64,000 bases of DNA from Raillietiella orientalis (lineage: Eukaryota): assembly GCA_036172245.1 (NCBI GenBank), contig JAYWIR010000013.1, positions 620,001-684,000 of the forward strand. The letters are read 5' to 3'. Made by a program: the position numbers and the translations under genes. Positions 52,501 to 64,000 of this stretch are shown one piece after another. Numbering within the stretch: the stretch's first letter is position 1; each line of letters begins with the position of its first letter. The notes below the pieces were generated by a model that worked only from the letters and a program-made list of their open reading frames with translations, made no database searches and had not been told where the DNA came from.

Positions 52501-55500
52501 TTGCCTTTCCGGGACTCCTCCCTATGCAGCTTGGACGCGCGCTTCTCCCCTTCTCCTCCCCCTCCCTCTTCTCTCCCGAGCCACGAAACGGAGGCGCGGG
52601 CGCGCCGGCAGCAGCAGAGAAAGCGGAAGGCCAGGCATCGCCGCCCCACTACTGTTTCACCTCGGGCCCGGGGGCCTGCTGTGCCTCTGCCCTCCACTGT
52701 GACTAGCGAGATCCTGCTCCTCCCCCTGCCTCTCCTCCTCTATCGACCGGCGTCCGGTGCTTCCCACCACTGCCCCGAGCAGCAGCGGGGCGGGAACGCG
52801 AGATCCGTTCGCCTCCTCGAGGGAATGACTGGTCACGGTCGCCATCCTGAGGCCAGTCCTCGTCCGCCACGGGGGAGGAGTGGACAAGAGCGACGATGGT
52901 CAGCGGCTCGGGTGAGAGAACAGGAACGCGTGTGCGCACTTCGCTGCTCTCCTGTTCCTTTCCTTTTCATTCCTGCGACGGCCGCTCGGAGGCGCTCGCG
53001 GTCCCCCTCCTTCAGGGGCACGCAGCCGTGACGGCAGATGCACGGTCCGAGGTTTCCCCCGGAGGGAGTCTGGACGAGCTCTCCCTTCCTCCCTCCTCCC
53101 CCTCCTCTCCCCATCCCCATTTGAGCTTCACGTGCGTGATCTCCCGAGGACGCGCCTACGGGTGCGCCAGCGTCGGGGGAGCTCAGGTGGAACAGCCAGC
53201 CTCCCTGACGCGAAGGCGACGACATCTCTTCGTGAGCGCGCCTTCGAGAGGGCCTCGCACTGGAGGGGAGCTCCCTTCTCTACCCTTGCTCGCGCCCGGG
53301 TCTCCAAGGAGGCGCGAGTGGAAGGAGGGGTGGAGGGACCGCAACGTTCGGCCCAGGTGTTCCCGTGGGCGACGTGAGCAGGAAAGAGGGATGAGGTCAG
53401 GAGACGGCAGCGCAGGCTCTCCGCGGGGGAGGCCGTTCCCTCCTTCCAATCCTCGCCAGAGAGAGCCCGAACCGCGCTCGGCGGGACGCTTCCACTGAGA
53501 ATCTGTCGGACGCCGAAGACTTGAGGGGCACCCAAACTGCCAAGCGCCGGCGTGGGAGTCGGATACAGCAGGGAGTAGGGAACGCCCATGCTCCCAGCCG
53601 CGCTCTTCCCCTTTGCCGAGGAAAGCACGGGTCCCTCGAGGGATCTTCCCAGGAGGGTTCAGGAAGAGAGAATCGGTCGCGATCCAGAGCAACCGGCTGC
53701 GTGGGACGGGAGGAGTCCCTCTCCATGGCTCGTTGAGTAGGGAACGGGCAGGAGGGCAGCTGCTGCCGCCTGACGGGAGAGCCCTTCCAGTGCCCACCGA
53801 CCGGCGGTGGCAGCAAGGCGGGCTAGGTGGCGGCGGGCGCAGCCTTCTCTTTCCTTGATTCCTTCCCTCTCGCGCCGCTCGCGGGCGGTCCGCTTTCCCG
53901 GGAACAACACCTGCCCGTCCCCCGGCGACGGTTTCCCCGTGAGGATGGGAGTTGCGGCGGAAGAGCGCCCCGCATTCCGTCCTAGCCCGCGCCAGCCGCC
54001 CTCAGGCTGGCCGGAGAGAGGCGATGAGGAGAAAGAGAGAGGAAAAGAAAGGAGGGACGGAGGGGAGCGGAAAGGGGATCGAATCTCCTGGAGCGGCGTG
54101 ATCGGTGGACGCGAAGGTGCGGCCGCCGTAAAATGTGGGGAGGTTTCTGGGGGGTAGGCTCGAACTTCCGCGCCTGGAGGCCGGTAGGTGCGATGGACTT
54201 CGAGTGTAGGGCGGAGGATGACCTCCGGGTGCTCAGAAGAGGAAGGGGGAGTGCGGCAGCGTACTGCCCCTTCCCCGCAGCCGCATGGCCGCAACGCCGA
54301 GAAGAGGCGCTGATCACAGGCGAGTAGGGGATGGCGGAGCTGCCCCTCTTCCTTCCCTGTCCCGCCTCCCTGTGGCACCGGCGGAAGAAAGAGTAGGAGG
54401 GAGAAAAAAGGAAGGAAAGGAAGGGACGGGGGAGGGGTGGAGGGGAACGCGTTGAGCAGGATTGTGACGTTTTCGTGGCGATGATACGCAATCCACCCAC
54501 CATTACCACCACCCCCTTCTCGGGTGGCCGTACCAATCCGGCGGAGGTCCGGAGACCCTTTGGGCTCCGGAAACGGAAGTCGGTCCCGAGCATCTCCCTC
54601 ATACAGCAGCAACTGGCTAGCTGGCTGTCTTACTGGCTGGCGAGGGCGGACTCGTGAGGGGATGGGCATCACGTGACCGTGACCTCGGAGGTTCCGCTTG
54701 CCGCGCAGTCCGTAAGGCGAGACCAAGCCGACGGCGGGAGGTTTCCTTGAGAAGGGGGAGGGAGGGAAGGGAGAAGTCGCGGATTTGCAAGAACCCTGGA
54801 GGCGGGAAGCCCGTGGGGATTTTCCCCAGCTGTGCTCCTAAGAAGCGGAAGCTGCTAAAGACCCCTCGTGGTACCTTCTTCCTCCGCCTTCCATGCTTTC
54901 CCCTTTGTTCGTTCCCGGGCCGGGCCGCCCGATCGGGTGACGGCCACGCCATAAATCGCCCTCACGGCGTCCAATCAGCGGCGGCGACGGGAGCGAGAGA
55001 GGCGTTTCTTCCTCTCTGTCCGCCTTCTCGAGCTCTTTCCCGACCGACTCTTCGGTCCCCTTCCTCCCCTCCCTTCCAGAGCAGCGCGGCGGTCCCGCGG
55101 TGGGAAGGTGGCGGCAGACCGCGTGGGGGCGCCGGCGGTGGAGAAATCCTGTCCGCCGACGAGCGCGCGGGTTTCAGCACATGGTGGGCGCCAGCCGCCG
55201 GTGAAGCGGCAGCGAGTCCCCTTTCCCCCTTCCCTCCCGCGCGCCTTTCCTGCCCTCTGCCCGCTCTGGCGCTGGGGTGCCCTCCCGTTCGCCGCCGGGC
55301 GCGGCGCAAAGCCCCAAGGGATGATGGATGGCTCCCAATAACCGCGCGGACCGCCGAATAAATTCGTCCCGTTGACGACCAGAGTGGACGGCGACCTGCA
55401 TAATGAATTCGACCGTGACGGCTTCTCTCCAATCCCTGGAACATCCGTTTAGCGCGTCTCCCGCTGCTTTAATTGACAGATCGGACGCGGCTGCGTTCCC

Positions 55501-58500
55501 GGGGATCGATGGCGTGGATCTCGCAGGTATCGGCGCGCGTCGCTCTTCATCGCCACCGGCAGTGCGGCAAGCACCTCCGAGGTCGATGGAACCGCGCGGA
55601 CGGTCCCCTCTGGTAGAGGACCCCGTCCTCTTCTCACCACCGTCACCACCCTGCCCCACTCGGATAGACGAGCTCTCCCTCGCCCGTCAGCCTCGTCCCA
55701 CATCATCCCTGGGGGATGCAGGACCTCCTGCTGCCCCACGCTTTCGAAAAGGACGGTCCCGAGGGGAAAGGAAGACGAGGGAAGGAAGGAGCCAGCAGGA
55801 CGACGCGGCCTTTTGGTGCAAGGGGAAGAAGGGAGAGGAGGGCGGGGCACGGCAGTCCCCTTCAGTTGGGTTGTCTTTCCTTTTTCCTCCTCCTCCTCCT
55901 CCTCCCTTTCTCTTTAGCAGAAATGAAGGACAAGGGACGACTTCGAGGCAGCTACGTGACCCGGAGGTTTCTCCCGAGCGCTCTCGGATGTCTTCCTCCT
56001 CCCCCACCATCCCATCCCCGATGGCTTGAGCGGCGTTTCCCACATTTCCGCCCTTTTCGCCCTTCGCGCGGAACGCGGAGGGGACTTCCATCGAAGGTCG
56101 GAGTGCTACCCTGAAGTTTTTTGGTCCCTGTTTTGAGGCGCTCCAGCAGGCATTTTCTCTCCGACCTCTCCTTCTTCCCACCACCTCCTCTGGGAAGCGC
56201 GTCGCCTCCCTTTGGACTCGCCGTGCCTGTGCTGAGCTCTTTCCTGGGCAAGGGGAGAGGAGATCCTGGAGTGGGGGGCGACCCTAGCAGAGGACCCGAA
56301 GCTCCTTCCGGCTGATGAGGATTCCGGAGGCGAGCGCCAAGGAGTGACGGTGGCGCTGCTTCCCTCGGGATTCGGCGAGGGTTGCGGCCGCTCGGCGATT
56401 CCGTCGTCTCCTGGGCTTCTTTCTCCGCACGCATGCACGCCCGCACTTGTGGGGAAAACTCTCGATCAGGAGGAGACATGGGGCAGAGCGAGGGTCCTGC
56501 CGACTCGTTCCCTGCGGCAAGGAAGAACGATGCTGGCAAGCTACCGAGGTGCGAGCAGGTGGCCAATGAAGAAGACCCCGTTCCAGTTCCGTACGGCCCT
56601 TCCAGAGCTTTCGAGGGAGGTCTCTTCTCGATGGGATGGGGTCGGAAAGTGGGCGGAGCCATGGGGCAGGAGAAACCTCCATTCAGTAGCTCTTCCATAG
56701 CTGCTTCCTCCTCGCGCTACTTCACCCCAACCAGGGCGTGTCTCCGGTCATCCAGGAGGAGGAATAAGTATCACCGTCTCCTTCCGGAATCGTTCTGGAG
56801 GCGGACGTTTCCCCGTGCCTGCTCCCACGGTTGTACGGAGGATGCAGAAAGGGATCAAACCGAACTGGAAGAGCCGGAAGGGGTTAGGAGGGAAGAGGAA
56901 TGGCAGAGGCGGTGGAGTTTCCTCGCCGCTCTGCACTTGCAGAGCCTTCCTGGCCGTTGAACGTCTTTCCTCCCCCTCCCCCGAGTTCTTGGGAACGTGA
57001 AATAAGGAAGGAAAAGTATCTGGATCTCACAGCGCCTCCGCAAGGAAGGAGGGAAGGTAGAGAGGGGGAAGAGGCTGCTGTCCATGCTCTCAGTGGTTGA
57101 CCTGCCCTACGGGGAGCTGTCGTCGTCGTTGGCAGCCGGCAGCCCAAATATTTCCCTCATACAGACACCTCAGCTCTCCTGGAAACTTTTTGGCCCCCTC
57201 TTTCACTAACCCCATCTCCCTCCTCTCTTCCCTTCTCTCCCCCTTTCCCCAAATGCGCATCCCGTCTACAACTGCGGGCCGTCAAGGGAACGCTCTCATG
57301 CTGCCCCACTTCCGATCGCCCTCGAGGATGAATCTCCCAGGATCGATCGGCAGCTGCTCCAGGTTGCCTCCCGCGCGGATGGGGGAGACCCCCCTTTCAC
57401 AGACATGCTTCCTCCCCCCTGCATCTCCAAGATGAGCCTGCCATCCCTTGCGTGCCGTGGTAGTCTGCTTACTGTCTCCGTGACCCCCACCCCCTTGCTC
57501 TACCCATCCCTGTGCCACGACGCACCTCCTACATCCCCCTGCATCTTTCCCGTCGCAAACTCCTCTACCCCACCCCATCCACTCCATCCATCCACTTCTC
57601 GAGGATTTCATATCTGCCCACGTCGCACCTTCTTTGATCTCGCATCCACCCACCTACGTGTGCGCGCCGATTGCCACCTTACGCACATCCACGAACTCAT
57701 CCCGATCCCGTCGGCGATGTGGTGGCTCGTTTCGAAGCTTCCCTTGCCGTACCTCCTCCTTCGAGGGAGGCTCACCTCCTCGTTCCCGGGCCTGGATGCT
57801 CCCGCCGCTCCCTGGCTCTGCCTCCGCGCTCCGCGCGGGGGCTCACCCTTCTAGGGCGCTTGACGCGGCTTTCAAGCGCCAGCAGTTGCCTCAGAGGAGG
57901 ACCCTCTACTCGTCTTCCATTGCGGTGCTGCTCGCATCCCGCATACTCCCACGCCCGCACCTTGGATCCAACTACGCGCAGCTTGCGTCTCCTCCACCCC
58001 GTGCTTGCATGCGTCTCTCCGCAGGCATCCCTTGTTTCCGCCTGCATCTTTCCGGACACCTCCTTCCTCCACCCGGTTTCCGTCTCCCGTCCGCAGATGT
58101 ACCCGGCTCCCGCCACGGCGGTCGCCGCGCCCACTTGCAGACGGCGCTCCCCGTGGTCCATTGCGCCTGAGATGCTCCTGACTCCCCTCTCTTCATCCTC
58201 ATCCACCCATCTAACACGCAGCATCCAGGCCTGCCTTCTATTTCCCTATCCTCTTCCCGCCTCTGCGTCCCGTCTCCATCACGCCCGAACCATGCATCCT
58301 GCCTCGCATCTGCGCGGATCCCGTAATCGTGAGGGGGAGGATCTTCTGGACCCGTTTCCAATTCTTCCGAGAGGCTGCTGCTGCTGCCGAGCGCTCAGAC
58401 TGCTGCGAGACCTGGGGACGCCGGCGACGCAGTGCGGCAATCTCAGTAATGGGAGACCGTCTTGAGGAAGAGCGAGCCTGGAGGTCGGGGGCGGCAGACT

Positions 58501-58630
58501 GAGGAGGAAGAGGAGGGGGGAGGGGGTTGCGAGCTACCGCACGCTGGCGCCGTCCGCCGCCACCATCAGCGTGAAGAGCTTTCTCTGTGGAGACCGTTGT
58601 CGGGCATCCCAGGCCAACGGTCGTGAGGCG

Positions 58631-58781
58631 GCCCTGCGAGGGAAAAGGAGGGGAGAATTTCTGGGATGGGGAGATAGGAGAGTCCTCTCCTTCTCCCCTC
58701 CGTCTTTTCTCTTCCCCTTTCCTACCCTCAGGCGCCTGCCCATTCTGGCAAGGCCGCGCGCGAAACGGCCACAGAGCGGGG
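58631..58781 (-). repeat. ~150-bp diverged inverted repeat, left arm
   Basis: Reverse complement ccccgctctgtggccgtttcgcgcgcggccttgccagaat matches ccccactctgtggcagtttctcgcgcagccttgccagaac at 59679 (35/40). Similarity continues to ...cccatcccagaaatt...tccttttccctcgc. Confidence 0.88.
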
Positions 58782-59678
58782 TCCTGATTGGTCGCCGAGG
58801 AAGGGGCGCGCGAAGACGTCAGCGTCGGTCCCGTTAAGGAAACCCCAGTTCTTTGTCCTGCCTGCGGAAAACAGGAGCGAGAAGGGGAAGAAGGGGGGGA
58901 GGGGAGGGGAACGGGAAAGAGGGAAGGAGAGAGGGAGAGAAAGCCTCCCCGCCGAGAGCGTTTCCGTTCCCTCGCTCCCCTGCTTCCCACGCACACCCCC
59001 TTCCTTCTCCCCCTTCAACCCGGAACGAACCTCTGCCGATTCCGGGATGACGGATCGCGGCCCCTTTTCCCGGTTCCTGTGCCCTGAAGGTTCCCCTCCT
59101 CCATGGAGCGCTCGCACCTGGTTTCCCGGGAGAACTCCTCCTTCTTCCCGGTCCCGGATCCCTGCGGGCCGTCCGTTTCCCTTTCCCCCTGGCGCGTTGC
59201 GGAATGACCCAAATCGCCGCTGTCTCCAACGGAGGAGGAAGTTCCATGAGCCCCTCTTCCACCCCAACCCCTGCCACCCCCCCTCCTCCCCTTCAAGATC
59301 CTCTTCTCGCTGCTTCACTTCCTCTTGAGCCTGCCGGGTCCCACGAGGTCTCCTCTGCCCCATTCCCCACTCCTCCACCCCTCTTCTCCGGGCCCCGCGC
59401 ACTCCTTTTTTTCTCTCTTGTTTTCTCTCCGCCCCCACCATGGTTGAGGTCGCGGTCGTCCCAGCAACGAGCCAGTGACGGGTGGTACCTCAGCTTTTGT
59501 TGGAAAGCGATGGCTGAGACGATGACCCCCCCCCTCCTCACACCCACGGTGTTGACAAACATTCCGAGAGTCTGGGCCAGCAATTATCTAGAAGGGGAAG
59601 CAGAAGGGAGGCCCGCGTCTCAGAAAAGTCCCTCCCCCACTGATGCCCTCCTTGTTCTTGTGGTCCCTCTCTCCACGT

Positions 59679-59821
59679 CCCCACTCTGTGGCAGTTTCTC
59701 GCGCAGCCTTGCCAGAACGGACGGGCACTCGAGGGAAAGAAAGGGAGAAAGGAAGGACGGGGGGCGGAAGGGACTACCTTTCCCATCCCAGGAATTTCCC
59801 CATCCTTTTCCCTCGCGGAGC
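59679..59821 (+). repeat. ~145-bp diverged inverted repeat, right arm
   Basis: Partner of 58631-58781, roughly 75-80% identical by eye, with a spacer of ~900 bp. Confidence 0.88.
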
Positions 59822-62800
59822 ACCGAGAAGCGGAAGCGCGCGTAGGGCTTCGAAAGCTAGCCCTCCCCACGCCTTCTTCCTTGTCTTCCCGAGACCTCTG
59901 GGGCGAAGCTAAGCTGAGGTGGTTCCCTCCGTTCCCGAGACAGAGAAGGGGGAGAGCGAGGGGAGGAGGCCGCGCAGAATGCCTAGACGCGGTCCGCCAC
60001 TGCATCTTCCGCGGCGGCGGGTGAGGGCGGATCCGTCCCGATCGGTCGGCGCTCCTCCTCCTCCTCCCGGAAGACGCGCAGGAGATAGCAGTCCGTCGCC
60101 CATTCCGCGGCGGTCCCGGCGATTCGCGACGGGACATTAACCACCGGGAACGGCGACCGGGAAGGGCGGGGAGAGGGTCCCGCCCTCTTCCGCTGACCGC
60201 TGGTCGTTTCACGGGGTCGTGAGGGCGAGCCAGGGCCCGCAAGAAGGAGGGCGCGATCAACCGGAAGACCTCGCCCCCGTCCCTTCCGTTCTCGGAGGCC
60301 CGAAAGAGAGGAAAGGAGGAGACCTTGGGGATCGGCCCGGCATTCGCCACCGCGACCCCTCTCCCCTCGCGTCCCCCTGCCTCGGTGCTGCCCTCAGACC
60401 CCATATTCCCTTGACGATGAAGGCTCCGGGCGCATCAGTGGGCGCGCGCGAACGGGAGTCTTATCCCTTCCTTCCCTTCGGGAACGGAAGCGCTTCCGGA
60501 GGAATTTCCCGCAGGGAAGAAGAAATTCTACGCATCACCTCCTTGCCCGGGGCAGCGAGGGTCCTTTTCACCGCCTCCCTCTGCCCTATTCCTTCCCCGT
60601 GAGCGATCGATAGGTAGGGGAGGGGAGGAAAGTTAAGGGGTCGCTGTCCCTTTCCGGAGGTCGGAGAGCCCCTTTTCTCTTGCGGCTTCGAAGTGCTGCG
60701 GCAGTCGCAGGAGGTGGTCACCCCCCATCACCAGCAACTCCCCTCCCCCTCCACCACCACCCGTCGCCGTCGTCGTCGTCGGTGGCGGCGGGTGACCCTC
60801 GGGTGGAGAGAGGGTCGGCCCCTACTGAAGAGCGAGAGTTTTTATGGCTGCTGCATACCCCTTTTCGCCCTCCACCCTTCACCCCTTTTCCTTTTCTTGC
60901 CGCCGCCGCCGTCTTCCTCCTCAGCGTTCTCGTCGTCAGCATCGCCGGCCTCCATGGCAACGAACTTCTCTGGGTCTACGCTAATTGACAGAGAGCCCGG
61001 GAAACTCCCGGCGATGGCCGCTCTCGGCGCGTCCCCTGGAAGTTCTCGAGCAAAGGGGGAATGAGGGAGGAGGGGAGGAAGGGTGAGCAGAAGGGAAGGT
61101 GTGGCGGGACCGGGCGTAGGCAACCCTTCCGGCTGCGTCCCTTTCGCCCCCCTTCTGGGACAGGGAGGAAAGGGAATGGGGGTACTGGTGTCCGGGAGGG
61201 CAGGAAGGCGGGGCGCGCGCGCGTCAGGAAAAGGGAACGAAGAGAGGGAGGGGGGCGGACTTGGTTGGCGCGCCTGGATGCGAGTTTATTGCACCTGGCA
61301 ACCCTTTTATGGCGCGCGCGCCGCTGCCGGGTTAACGACTGGCCCGTCATCCGCTGACAGTTGCGAGTTTCCCTGCGCCCGCCGGCGGCCCCATGCTGCT
61401 CCGCGAGCCGGGAACGCCGGGGTCCGCCGTCGGCGCGCCCTCGGCGGGGGCAACCCCCGGGCGGCGACGGGGAAATTCGGGGTCCGAGGGCGGCAGCGGC
61501 TTCGCAACGGCGAGGAGGCGCGAGAATGGGCGAATCCCGGGAGGGGTCGGGCGCGTCCCTCCGGGGTCGAGGATCGAGCTCACGCCTCCCCACCTTCCGT
61601 TGCCTCCTCTCCAACCCCCCAGATCGCCTCTCCGGTCGCGCGCGCCCAGGCGATGGACCGCCGCCGCCACCACCTGTCCGACGGAGCAGCAGCAACAGCC
61701 GCCACCTGGAGCTCCCTCCGCGAACCCGCGAGAGGGACCCCGAGGGGCGGACTCCCGACGGAGCGAGTACTTCTGCCGAGGGCGCCAGAGGTTCCCACCC
61801 TGCCCCCGCCCGCCCCTCTCTCGCTCTCTCACGCTCTCTCGGCGCAAGCGGGCGCGCGCGCGCTCACGCGGGCGCGCGCGCCGCTCTCTCCGCTCCTCGT
61901 CCGCTTTCATTCCCTCACGATTTGTATGGGGAACCCCTCCCGCGGCAGGGGAGACCCCTCCTCTCCCCCTTTTCGTCGCGGGGTCGCATGCTTTTGTCCG
62001 CGCTTTCCCACGTTATTCTTCCTCCCGGATTACGGGGCTCGGGAATCCCCCCGCGCGGGGAGAAAACATCTGCGCCCAGCGCGCGCGCGCGCTGGAATTC
62101 GGCTGGGGAGATTCCCTCGCCGGCGGAGAATGGAAGAGGGGCGCTCGGGCCGCCCCCTTTCACGGTCTGCGCTCATCGGGCCCCTCGGGCTCCACGACCT
62201 GCTTCCCGGAGGTCGCCGCCGCGCCGGAACACCCCGCTCTTCCTCCTCGTCCTGTTCCCTCCCACCTCGCCACGCCCCAACGCCACCGCCAACCGCCTCC
62301 CTCCCGCTCGTGGGAGACAAACGCCGCCGCCGAGAGAGGCGCCCTCGGCGCACCTGAGAGAGAGCGGCAGCGCCTTGCGATCGCCGAGGCACTCCGGGGG
62401 GAAATGAAGGCACACCATCCTGCACTGCCCGTCCTCTTTACCCCCCCTCCCGTCCCTTCCCTTCTATCCCATCCCCTGACTTCTCTCAGAGAGCAGGAAC
62501 CGACTCCGGAGCTGCATCCCCTTCGTACCTGAGTTCCGGGACTCCCTCCTTGTCCCACCCGGGAGAGCGAGACCGTGAGGAAAAGGGTGCGCCCTCCCCC
62601 CCAGCGAAGGTGAATCTCCCCTCCTCCTCAGGAGGGAGAGAATTCACTCGCCCCTACGTCCCTTTATTCCCCCCTCCCCTCCTCCCCCCTTCCCTTTCTC
62701 CTCTCCACTCCGTCCCCGCGACGTCACCATCTCCTCGCAGGCGGTAACTGCCTGAGCGCGTTTGCCCGCGCAGCCCCGGCCCCCTGCCACCGTCCCCCCC

Positions 62801-62923
62801 TCTCCCTTCCCTCCACCTCCCCTTCCACAGGAGGAGAGAGGACGGCGGAACGTTCCCACGCAGCGGGCAGGCCTGCTCTCTCTCTCGCCCCGCTCGCGCA
62901 CGCATCCTCGCGCACTCCTCCAC

Positions 62924-63050
62924 TGACGTCATGGGAGTTTCCTCGCGCCGCTGCGCGCGAGCCGCGGAATCCGCCCGGCCCACCGGGCGCGGGGGACGCA
63001 GGCGATTGGCTGGGTCCGCCCCGGCGGCACGTCCCCTCGTCAATCAATAG
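62924..63050. promoter_or_regulatory. Putative promoter motif cluster
   Basis: Full CRE TGACGTCA (62924-62931), NF-Y box CGATTGGCT (63003), GC box CCGCCC (63016) and PBX/PKNOX-like GTCAATCA (63039), all within ~130 bp of CpG-dense DNA. Confidence 0.45.
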
Positions 63051-64000
63051 CGAGCAGCCTCGGCCGCGGACGGACGGACGGGCAAAGAGCGCCGAGTGTC
63101 GGAGCCGAGCGGTCGTGCGTCGGGATCGCTGCGAGGTGCCGTCGTCGGTCTGTCGCTGACCGTTGCGCGTTGCCTGTTGTGTGCTCTTTGCCGCCTGCTG
63201 CCAGCTGTGGTGGTGGTGGTCGTGGTCGTGGTCATCGTCGTCGTCTCTGCCGCCGTTGCTGCTGCTCCTTCTCCTCCTGCTGTTGCCACCGCTGCTGCAC
63301 GTCACACCTCTGGTTCTTCCCTCGTGTGGTGCGTGTCGACTACCTGCTCTCTCCCGGCGCCAGTCGGAGTCTCCTCCGTCCCGTACCACCCCCAGGTCAT
63401 CGAGCATTCCCACCCCGGCCTCGTGGAACCTCTCCCTCCGTGCCAGAAGGACAAGGACGAGTCAAGCCCGGCCGCTGGGAAGGATGGCGGTGTCGCTGCC
63501 GCCCTGTGCGACGCGTGCCTCCAGCACCCCCATGGGGTCTGCTGTCCCCGAGACCACGGTCTGAACGATGCTGAGTGAATACCCCCATCTGCAACTAGCT
63601 CCTCCTTCGAGAACCGTCCGCCCGAGGTCTCCGGCGTCGATAGTCGGAAGCTTCTGACGAGCCTCGTGGTGCTCAGTTGCCCTCCGTCGACCCCCTTCCC
63701 CTTCCCTCCCGAAAGCGAAAGGACCGAGACCGCACACCCTTTCCCACCCCTTTTTCTAGCTTCCCCTGCCCTTCCGTGGCCCTGGTGCCGTTGGCGGCGC
63801 ACGCCCGTCCTTCTGCCCTCATCCTCTCGCCCCGTCGACACCTCCCGCCCCGTTGAGCCCAACGAAGGCAAGCGACCACCGCAACAAGAGCAACCAGAGG
63901 AAGGAAAAGAAGACCACGCCCCAAGGGAAGCGGGGTCATCACTACGGTTGATAGACCTCCGTCCGGCCAACGACCTTGCCACGCCGTCCCTCCCCTGTGC

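Noticed and set aside
61083..62532. Three overlapping + strand ORFs of 348-424 aa
   Set aside because: All three frames are open because the sequence is extremely GC-rich and stop-poor.

Overview
This 64 kb window looks like eukaryotic, essentially non-coding DNA. I found no operon structure, recognisable protein domain, rRNA, tRNA or CRISPR array. By eye it is mostly GC-rich and not CpG-depleted, with many homopolymers, microsatellites and polypurine/polypyrimidine tracts, and AT-richer blocks at about 7.3-19 kb and 38-44 kb. The hundreds of ORFs in the track overlap in all frames and are R/P/G/S/A-rich, which is what GC-rich non-coding DNA gives by chance, so I do not call them genes. The structures I can support directly are a ~400-bp inverted repeat pair (24284-24683 / 30331-30702) whose homology stops at a Kozak-like ATG context, an older ~150-bp inverted pair (58631-58781 / 59679-59821), and a 20-bp minisatellite at 10826-10896. 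There are also promoter-like motif clusters at ~25.2-25.7 kb and ~62.9-63.05 kb, and small AT-rich islands carrying homeodomain-type motifs. My inference is a large intron or intergenic regulatory region of an invertebrate animal containing decayed repeats, but the taxon cannot be fixed from this window. I did not find a convincing new biological system. Identity and GC values are eyeball estimates.
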